Positions 25,389 through 32,000 of a stretch of DNA of 32,000 nucleotides are shown piece after piece. Positions within the stretch are counted from its first letter, which is position 1, and each line of letters opens with the position of its first letter. This DNA is from Flexibacter flexilis DSM 6793. Lineage in GTDB: Bacteria > Bacteroidota > Bacteroidia > Cytophagales > Flexibacteraceae. The notes beneath the pieces are model-generated. The model was not told where the DNA came from, ran no database searches, and worked only from the letters and a program-made list of their open reading frames with translations. The stretch covers positions 243,819 through 275,818 of the forward strand of contig NZ_FOLE01000004.1 in NCBI RefSeq assembly GCF_900112255.1, in the 5' to 3' direction. The position numbers and the translations under genes were made by a program.

Positions 25389-27269
25389 ATGAAATATATA
25401 TTCTATTCTTTAATTACAGGATTATTATGGCTTACTTCTCAAAATAGTTTTGCTCAGATAAATATCAATACAAGCATTTCGGACAACGAATTAGTGCAAA
25501 GACTTGTAGGTCAAGGGGTAAGAGTTTCTAATATTCAGATAAATTGCCCTTCGGGAAAAGGAAAAGCCTACGGAGCTTTTACTGACAATACGGGTACGCT
25601 GGGGTTATCGGACGGCCTGATTATGACCACAGGCGCAGCCAATAATGCCCAAGGCCCCAATAACTCGGCTTCCAAATCCCAAGACAACGGCAACGGCAAT
25701 TCATTTGATAATAACTTACAATCTTTAGTCCCTTTTGGCGACGAGTTGCGCGACATTTGTACGATTTCATTCAATATAGAAGTATTTTCAGATACATTGG
25801 TTTTCAATTATGTATTTGGTTCGGAAGAATATTTGGAGTTTGTGAAAGATTATCATGATGTATTTGGCTTCTTTATTAGCGGGCCAGGCATTTCGGGACA
25901 ACGAAATATTGCGGTAGTGCCCAATACCCAAGACCCCGTATCGGTGGCCAACATTAACAATGATGTCAATTCTCAATATTATATCAGCAACGGAGCGGGA
26001 GGCACGCCTTTTATCAATTTACACGTACAATACGATGGTTTTACGCGCCGCCTACAAAGCCGCATTGCCGTGATTCCCTGCCAAACGTATCGCCTAAAAA
26101 TGGCCATTGCCGACGTGAAAGACTCCGAATACGATTCAGGAATTTTCTTGGAAGGAAAAAGTTTGTCGTCCAACAGCCCGAAAGTAACCGTTAATTATCC
26201 GTTCAAACGTTTTGGCTACGGCATAGAAGGCTGCTATAACGGCGAATTTGTTTTTTCGAGAACCAGCCGCCTGAACGAGCCACTTACTTTGTTTTATAAC
26301 ATCACAGGCACGGCCATCAATGGCACAGATTATGGCCTGATAGGCAACAGCATTACGATTCCTGCGGGCAGCAAAACTGCCACATTGCCGATTACAGCTT
26401 TTGCTGATGGCATCGAGGAAGGCATCGAAAATATCAAAATCGAACTGATTAATAATTGCCCGAATCTGCCGCCACCCAGTTCGGCCATTATGACTATTCG
26501 CGACCGATACGATTATCAGGCCGAAGACGCGCAAGTTTGTCGCGGCGACAGCGTGCAATTACAGCCAAAAGCCTCGCGCCAATACCGTTTCCGATGGACT
26601 ACACTCGAAGGAATGCCCGCGCAATATTTATCTTGCTACAATTGCGCCTCTCCGATGGCCTCCCCTCCTCAAGATACTGATTATAAACTAACTGTCATTG
26701 ACACCCTGACGGGTTGCGTTACTTACGACACAGTGCACGTAACGGTGGCCGTGCGGCCTGTGGCAGATTTTTCGTCTGGCTATAACGATGAATACACCGC
26801 CATGGACATTGAATTTGAGAACCTTTCCACCAATGCCGAAAGCTATCTTTGGGACTTTGGCGACGGGCAAACTTCTTCCGAAACCAACCCGATTCACTTT
26901 TTCCAGTTGCCCGACGATGCCGACGAAAAAGAATATTTGGTGCGCCTGACGGCTTTCCGCCAAAACCCAAGTTGCTCCGATCAAGACAGCAGCACCGTGA
27001 TAAAGCTCATTAAAAGAAGTTTTATTTTACCCAATGTGATTACACTCAAAAACCACGATGGCAAAAACGACCAACTTAAATTTGTGGGGATAAAAAATGG
27101 CGTTTGGAGTGTGGAGATTTATAATCGCTGGGGCAGACAAGTTTACAAAAACAATGCTTACAACAACGATTGGACAGCAGATTCCGAGTCCGCAGGCGTG
27201 TATTTTTATTTGCTCCAAAACCCTCGCAAAGACCGCAAGTTCAAAGGTTGGTTGGAAGTGATGAAATAA
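25389..27269 (+). CDS. T9SS cargo: choice-of-anchor-L domain, Calx-beta-like and PKD domains, and a type-B (gliding-motility) C-terminal sorting domain
   Basis: It has a signal peptide and the N-terminal motif LVQRLVGQGVRVSNI...GAFTD..GTLGLSDGLIMTTGAA. The Calx-beta-like region is ITGTAINGTDY...ATLPITAFADGIEEGIENIKIEL and the PKD motif is YLWDFGDGQTS. The C-terminal domain reads GKNDQLKF...EIYNRWGRQVYKN...AGVYFYLL. Confidence 0.8.
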   Translation: MKYIFYSLITGLLWLTSQNSFAQININTSISDNELVQRLVGQGVRVSNIQINCPSGKGKAYGAFTDNTGTLGLSDGLIMTTGAANNAQGPNNSASKSQDNGNGNSFDNNLQSLVPFGDELRDICTISFNIEVFSDTLVFNYVFGSEEYLEFVKDYHDVFGFFISGPGISGQRNIAVVPNTQDPVSVANINNDVNSQYYISNGAGGTPFINLHVQYDGFTRRLQSRIAVIPCQTYRLKMAIADVKDSEYDSGIFLEGKSLSSNSPKVTVNYPFKRFGYGIEGCYNGEFVFSRTSRLNEPLTLFYNITGTAINGTDYGLIGNSITIPAGSKTATLPITAFADGIEEGIENIKIELINNCPNLPPPSSAIMTIRDRYDYQAEDAQVCRGDSVQLQPKASRQYRFRWTTLEGMPAQYLSCYNCASPMASPPQDTDYKLTVIDTLTGCVTYDTVHVTVAVRPVADFSSGYNDEYTAMDIEFENLSTNAESYLWDFGDGQTSSETNPIHFFQLPDDADEKEYLVRLTAFRQNPSCSDQDSSTVIKLIKRSFILPNVITLKNHDGKNDQLKFVGIKNGVWSVEIYNRWGRQVYKNNAYNNDWTADSESAGVYFYLLQNPRKDRKFKGWLEVMK

Positions 27270-27281
27270 AAACAAGAAAGC

Positions 27282-27330
27282 AAAAGCCGCATTAAAAATA
27301 CAAAGTTGTCGTATTTTTAATGCGGCTTTT
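27282..27330. terminator. Bidirectional terminator between convergent genes
   Basis: A 20-bp perfect stem AAAAGCCGCATTAAAAATAC / GTATTTTTAATGCGGCTTTT has a 9-nt loop, with A/T tracts on both sides. Confidence 0.7.
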
Positions 27331-27354
27331 TTATTTCAATTAAAAGCAAATCAA

Positions 27355-28191
27355 CTATTTAGCACGTTGGCGCACGGCTTCAAAAAGCGCGATACCAGCC
27401 GCCACCGACACGTTAAGCGACGAAATTTGGCCAGTCATCGGGATTTGTACCAATTCATCGCACACACGAATCAGCTCATCGCTGATGCCGTCTTCCTCCG
27501 AACCCATCACGATTGCCACAGGATTACTAAAGTCGGCCTCGTAAAGAGCTTGCGTTCCTTTTTCGGTACAACCCACTACCCGAATGCCACTATCTTGCAG
27601 ATATTGAACGGTTTTGAGCAAAGAACGTTCGCGGCACACAGGCAAAAAGTTGAGTGCTCCCGCCGAAGTTTTCATGGCATCGCTGTTGATTTGCGCACCG
27701 CCTTTTTGTGGAATAACGATAGCGTCCACACCTGCACATTCTGCCGAACGCGTTATCGCACCAAAATTACGTACGTCTGTTACACGATCAAGAATCAGCA
27801 AAAACGGCATACGGCCAGCATCAAAAGCCGCTTGAACCACGTTGTCCAGTGGTGCGTACTGAATCGGCGACACAAAGCAAATAACGCCCTGATGCACTTT
27901 GCGCGTAATACGATGCAGTTTTTCGATGGGCACGCGTTGAACGGGAATTTCGCGCTGTGTGGCAATGCGTTGTATTTCCAAAAGGCCTTCGCCGCTGATG
28001 TCTTTTTGCAAGAAAATACGCTCAATTTCTTTGCCTGCGCGTAGGGTTTCCAGTACGGCGTGCGTCCCGAAAATCATGTCGTTGCCGTGCTTGGCGTTGC
28101 TTCTTTCTCGCTCGCCCGACTCTGCGAAACGTGGTCTTTGATTAAATCGTCTGTTTTCCATTGAAATTGTTGGGTGGCTACTTTTAGCCAC
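27355..28191 (-). CDS. rlmB: 23S rRNA (guanosine-2'-O)-methyltransferase, SpoU/TrmH family
   Basis: It has a SpoU substrate-binding N-terminal domain (MIFGTHAVLETLRAG) and a C-terminal trefoil-knot MTase (VMGSEEDGIS...IPMTGQISSLNVSVAAGI). A basic N-terminal extension is present, and the start could be 28161 instead. Confidence 0.85.
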   Translation of the reverse strand: MAKSSHPTISMENRRFNQRPRFAESGERERSNAKHGNDMIFGTHAVLETLRAGKEIERIFLQKDISGEGLLEIQRIATQREIPVQRVPIEKLHRITRKVHQGVICFVSPIQYAPLDNVVQAAFDAGRMPFLLILDRVTDVRNFGAITRSAECAGVDAIVIPQKGGAQINSDAMKTSAGALNFLPVCRERSLLKTVQYLQDSGIRVVGCTEKGTQALYEADFSNPVAIVMGSEEDGISDELIRVCDELVQIPMTGQISSLNVSVAAGIALFEAVRQRAK

Positions 28192-28206
28192 AAATAATAA
28201 TAAATA

Positions 28207-28959
28207 TTAAAGGCTCATTAGCTCTTTGAAGCGAATGGCTTGTCTTCTGGAGATTTCTATTTTGTCGCCGCCCTTGAGTCTGGCCAACAAACCGCCACTA
28301 AAATACGGCTCGATGGCTTCCACCATACGCAAATTGATGATGTGTTTGCGGTTGGCTCTAAAGAAAATGTGCGGGTCTAAACGTTCTTCTAAAGCATTGA
28401 GCGAACGCAAGATAAGCGGTTTTTGGTTGTCGAAATAAAGGCGCACATAGTTGCCGACCGACTCGAAAAGGCGCACATTACCCAAACGAATAAACCAACA
28501 TTTATCGCCATCTTTTACAAAAACTTGGTCGTTTTCCGACAACACTTTATTGCTAAAACTGTTTGCCCCCGCGCCGTCACCCTCTGGAGCTACGCGTGGT
28601 TCGGACGATTCCAAACGCTTGATGGCTTCGGCCAAACGCTGTGGATCAATGGGTTTAAGCAAATAATCAGCGGCGTTAAACTCAAACGCTTTGAGTGCAT
28701 ACTCGTCGTAAGCTGTTGTAAAAATGACTTCTGGCACGTGGTCGTGCAAGGCACTGAGCACTTCAAAACCTGTTTTGCCAGGCATTTGAATATCCAAAAA
28801 CAGCAAATCGGGTTGAAGCTCCGCGATTTTGGCCAGCGCATCATCGCCATTCACGGCTTCGCCAACAATATTGATATTGGTGAAAGGTTCGAGCAGACGG
28901 CGCAACTCATTGCGTGCAAGGCGTTCGTCATCAACAATTAGCGTATTGAGTGTAATCAC
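28207..28959 (-). CDS. LytR/AlgR-family response regulator (REC plus LytTR DNA-binding domain)
   Basis: The REC domain reads LIVDDERLARNEL...DLLFLDIQMPGKTGFEVL and the C-terminal LytTR reads FFRANRKHIINLRMVEAIE. Length is 250 aa. Confidence 0.9.
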   Translation of the reverse strand: MITLNTLIVDDERLARNELRRLLEPFTNINIVGEAVNGDDALAKIAELQPDLLFLDIQMPGKTGFEVLSALHDHVPEVIFTTAYDEYALKAFEFNAADYLLKPIDPQRLAEAIKRLESSEPRVAPEGDGAGANSFSNKVLSENDQVFVKDGDKCWFIRLGNVRLFESVGNYVRLYFDNQKPLILRSLNALEERLDPHIFFRANRKHIINLRMVEAIEPYFSGGLLARLKGGDKIEISRRQAIRFKELMSL

Positions 28960-29065
28960 AGTTTATAACGTTAAGTTTATAAGGTATCTAATTAAAAAAG
29001 TTTGTGTCTTTGGCAAATGTACGACGCTTAATCCGATTTTGCCAAATGCTCTAATCTACAAAAAT

Positions 29066-29102
29066 AAAAGGAACACATCTATATGCTGGATGTGTTCCTT
29101 TT
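29066..29102 (-). terminator. Intrinsic terminator of the CapD-like gene
   Basis: A 14-bp perfect stem AAAAGGAACACATC / GATGTGTTCCTTTT is followed on the - strand by ATTTTTGT. Confidence 0.6.
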
Positions 29103-29127
29103 GAGCTATTAGTTTGATAGTCAAACC

Positions 29128-31077
29128 TTAATTTTCGTGGTGCGTATGCAACTCAGAGGCTAGCTCTTGATCAATGACATTAAATACTGAATTGTTGCTA
29201 ATAAATTCAGGTAGCATTAGTTTCATGGTACGAACGATGGCCATTTCGTCATTGCCTTCCATCAGCCCAATGAGTTGGTCTGTTTTCTCGCGCACTTTAT
29301 CGAACGGATATTGTCGCACCTTCGCCACCATGATTTTATGATGATGTGTGGGGATAATGTTTTCGCTTTTATTGAGTAATTCTTCTTCGATTTTTTCGCC
29401 AGGCCTAAGTCCTGTAAAGACAATCGGAATATCGCGATCTGGTACAAAGCCAGAAAGTTTAATCATTTTGCGAGCCAAATCCACGATTTTGATAGATTTA
29501 CCCATATCAAAAATGAAAATTTCGCCACCTTTGCCCATTGCTCCCGCTTCTAACACCAATTGGCAAGCTTCTGGAATGGTCATAAAATAACGCGTAATAT
29601 CTGGGTTGGTAACCGTTACAGGGCCGCCAGCTTCTATTTGTTTTTTGAAACGAGGAATTACAGAACCGTTAGAACCCAATACGTTACCGAAACGAGTAGT
29701 AATAAAACGAGTCCCCGTTGCCGTATCGGCTAGATGATTGCTCAAGGATTGGGCATATACTTCGGCCAAACGCTTTGATGCGCCCATAATATTGGTCGGG
29801 TTCACGGCTTTGTCCGTAGAAACCATCACAAATTTTTTAACATTGTATTTTACGGCCAAATCGGCTAAAGTTCTTGTTCCTTGTACGTTTACCTTAATGG
29901 CCTCATATACATTGTGTTCCATCATTGGCACGTGCTTGTAAGCCGCTGCATGGAAAATAATATCTGGGCGATGTGCCTTGAAAATATGTTCCATGCGCTT
30001 GAGCGACGAAACATCGGCTACAATTGGCACAGCTCTACGGAATTGCAATGTTTCTTCTACTTCCAACTGCAATTCTACCAATGGCGACTCGGCTTGATCT
30101 ATCAAAATCAGTTTTTGCGGCGCAAAACGCGTGAGTTGGCGCACCATTTCGCTACCAATTGAGCCAGCAGCACCCGTAATCATCACAGTACGGCCATTAA
30201 TCTGATTTCCAATATTTTCCATATCCAAAACGATAGGATCGCGCTCTAATAAGTCGCTGATATTAACGTTTCGAATTTGGTTTACGTTTAGCTCGCCTCC
30301 CAGCCATTTGCTTACCGCAGGCACGGCCATTACCGTTACATCGCATTCCAAACACAAATCAATAAATTCTTGTTTGCGCTGAGGAGAAAGCACTTGCATT
30401 GAAATAATAGCACGTTTCACGTTATGTTTTTCGACTACATCTCTGAACTCCTGCGCTGTATGGTATATCTTTACTCCGTCCATGAACTTGCCTTGTACAC
30501 CAGCATTATCGTCCATGAATGCCACTACTTTCATATCTGTTGCGCCGTCTTCGTCTATAGCACGTTTAGTAATCAGGCCGCCTTGCCCTGCGCCAAAAAC
30601 CACCGTCGCATAGCGATTGGTTTTGGGGCTTGGGATATTTCTAAACATTATCTTGTTGTACAACTGCTTGATTACAAGCCTATATGAAATACACAAGAAC
30701 AATGCAATAAAGAAATCAATAATAACCACCGAGATTGGGAAAAAGAATGTATCCCTAATATGGCCAATGAAAATACTGAAAATACTGAAAATTACAGAGC
30801 CTCCTGCAATGGAATACAACACGCGCTTGGCATCTTGCATACCCGTATAGCGAATAATGCCTGAATACGTTTTGAAATAGCGGAAGAAAACAATTCGCGT
30901 AACTAATACGGCCAATAGTGTCGTTGGTAATACCGCGAATACGTCATCTGATATTTGAAAATTGAACCTAAGTGCCGTAGCCAAAAAAAACGAAATAAAT
31001 GTACTGACTACGTCTAGACTTAAAATAATAATGCGAGATACATACGCGCGAGAGGTATATTTTTTGATATGTAGCAT
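29128..31077 (-). CDS. Membrane-anchored polysaccharide biosynthesis protein, CapD/WbpM/PglF-like NDP-sugar 4,6-dehydratase
   Basis: Four N-terminal TM helices are followed by two Rossmann regions (VFGAGQGG; ITGAAGSIGSE) and an SDR active-site region (AAAYKHVP). Confidence 0.9.
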   Translation of the reverse strand: MLHIKKYTSRAYVSRIIILSLDVVSTFISFFLATALRFNFQISDDVFAVLPTTLLAVLVTRIVFFRYFKTYSGIIRYTGMQDAKRVLYSIAGGSVIFSIFSIFIGHIRDTFFFPISVVIIDFFIALFLCISYRLVIKQLYNKIMFRNIPSPKTNRYATVVFGAGQGGLITKRAIDEDGATDMKVVAFMDDNAGVQGKFMDGVKIYHTAQEFRDVVEKHNVKRAIISMQVLSPQRKQEFIDLCLECDVTVMAVPAVSKWLGGELNVNQIRNVNISDLLERDPIVLDMENIGNQINGRTVMITGAAGSIGSEMVRQLTRFAPQKLILIDQAESPLVELQLEVEETLQFRRAVPIVADVSSLKRMEHIFKAHRPDIIFHAAAYKHVPMMEHNVYEAIKVNVQGTRTLADLAVKYNVKKFVMVSTDKAVNPTNIMGASKRLAEVYAQSLSNHLADTATGTRFITTRFGNVLGSNGSVIPRFKKQIEAGGPVTVTNPDITRYFMTIPEACQLVLEAGAMGKGGEIFIFDMGKSIKIVDLARKMIKLSGFVPDRDIPIVFTGLRPGEKIEEELLNKSENIIPTHHHKIMVAKVRQYPFDKVREKTDQLIGLMEGNDEMAIVRTMKLMLPEFISNNSVFNVIDQELASELHTHHEN

Positions 31078-31201
31078 ATGGAAAAAAGTTATACTTGCAA
31101 CAAAAACACAAGTAGAATCTTATTATTCATTTGGTTTTTATACAATTATTTATTGTAAAGTAACTAAATATTTTTGATTTATACTAAAATAAAAATATTC
31201 T

Positions 31202-32000
31202 TTATAGTAATAAATTACTTATTTTTTGACTAACATATTTTAAATCAGACAATTGCAAATCGTTGCCCGATGGCAATGAAATACCTTTATTAAATAATTG
31301 CTCAGCAATATTATTTCCATAAAAAGCACATTGTTTGAAAATAGGCTGCAAGTGCAATGGTTTCCATAAAAAACGAGACTCAATACCGTTCAAAGTCAAA
31401 AAATCATAAAGTACAAAATTGTTCACTTTCTCTCCTTTGATAAGTGCAGAACTCAACCAACGAGAAGCATAACTATTTTCCGTTAATTCGGGCTGCCAAT
31501 ACAACATTTTTTCGTCTAAATTTTCTTGATAAAAATTAAAAATTTTACGTCGTTGTTTTACTCTTTTTTCCAATACTTCCAGTTGCGCAATGCCTAAGGC
31601 TGCTGCCATTACACCCATACGATAATTATATCCAACTGCTTCGTGCTGATAATAAGGCAGCCCCATTTCGCGAGATTGGCTTGCCCAATAGCGTATTTTT
31701 TCGATAATTTCGGGTTGGCTCGTGGTAAGTGCGCCGCCGCCGCCCGTACTGATTACCTTGTTGTTATTGAACGAATAAACCCCAATTTCGCCCCAAGTGC
31801 CAAGCATTTTGCCTTTATACGACGCGCCCAAAGCTTCGGCAGCATCTTCAATTACAGGGACTTGGTAGTGTTTACAGATTTCGCAAATACGGTCTATTTG
31901 AGCAGGCACGCCGTAGGCATGAACTACAATCACTGCTTTTGGCTTTTGACCGTTTTTTATTTCGGACTCAATGGCTTGTTCCAAATATTCGGGCGACATA
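31202..32000 (-). CDS. DegT/DnrJ/EryC1/StrS-family PLP aminotransferase, C-terminal ~265 aa (N-terminus beyond the window)
   Basis: It contains IEDAAEALGA and the PLP-lysine context YSFNNNKVISTGGGGAL. The family is usually ~370-400 aa, so the M at 31999 is probably internal. Confidence 0.85.
   Translation of the reverse strand, partial: MSPEYLEQAIESEIKNGQKPKAVIVVHAYGVPAQIDRICEICKHYQVPVIEDAAEALGASYKGKMLGTWGEIGVYSFNNNKVISTGGGGALTTSQPEIIEKIRYWASQSREMGLPYYQHEAVGYNYRMGVMAAALGIAQLEVLEKRVKQRRKIFNFYQENLDEKMLYWQPELTENSYASRWLSSALIKGEKVNNFVLYDFLTLNGIESRFLWKPLHLQPIFKQCAFYGNNIAEQLFNKGISLPSGNDLQLSDLKYVSQKISNLLL

Noticed and set aside
28207-28959. LytTR response regulator without an adjacent histidine kinase, 15 nt upstream of rlmB
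   Set aside because: Orphan LytTR regulators are common, and the tight spacing to rlmB is unremarkable. Nothing in the sequence points to more than an ordinary gene.
28999-29010. AGTTTGTGTCTT, a 12-nt match to the first half of repeat copy c
   Set aside because: It matches only half of the palindrome, and the second arm is absent (TGGCAAATG follows). A 12-mer match is expected by chance in 32 kb.
1-32000. Scan for tRNA, rRNA, CRISPR arrays, riboswitches (e.g. B12 upstream of meaB) and sigma-54 promoters
   Set aside because: No intergenic region shows cloverleaf-compatible segments or regularly spaced direct repeats. I found no B12-box (GCCACTG) and no TGGCAC-N5-TTGC element. The only repeat families seen are those reported at 9.9-11.0 kb and inside hypB.

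Overview
The window looks like a chromosomal segment of a Bacteroidota (Cytophagia/Flavobacteriia-like) organism. Support for this: a T9SS type-B C-terminal sorting domain, a PDDEXK_2 'transposase', several TAnnTTTG -7 promoter boxes, and no Shine-Dalgarno dependence. The centre (11.0-22.5 kb) is a complete group-1 membrane-bound [NiFe] uptake hydrogenase locus split into two divergent operons. One is hyaA-hyaB-hyaC-hyaD-hypF-FKBP-hypD-Ni permease on the - strand. The other is hypA-hypB-hypC-hypE on the + strand. The small subunit carries both supernumerary cysteines of the O2-tolerant [4Fe-3S] type. The left part holds two tandem EamA transporters, a sugar epimerase, an Rpn/PD-(D/E)XK nuclease, hisG, meaB, a cyclase-family hydrolase, a Crp/Fnr regulator, an output-less CHASE2 sensor and a polytopic membrane protein. 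hisG has a candidate His-rich leader and attenuator. The right part holds a Lys/Ala-rich histone-H1-like protein, a CheB split in frame into REC and methylesterase genes, a beta-barrel-like protein beside a large T9SS adhesin, rlmB, a LytTR regulator, and the start of a polysaccharide locus (CapD-like dehydratase, DegT aminotransferase). The most unusual structure is a ~1.08 kb, ~25% GC single-gene cassette at 9.9-11.0 kb. It sits between two convergent genes, is bounded by a 14-nt direct repeat, and is framed by four copies of a ~30-nt palindromic (REPIN/MITE-like) repeat. I saw no tRNA, rRNA or CRISPR array. All calls come from reading the sequence and the ORF track. No database search was run.
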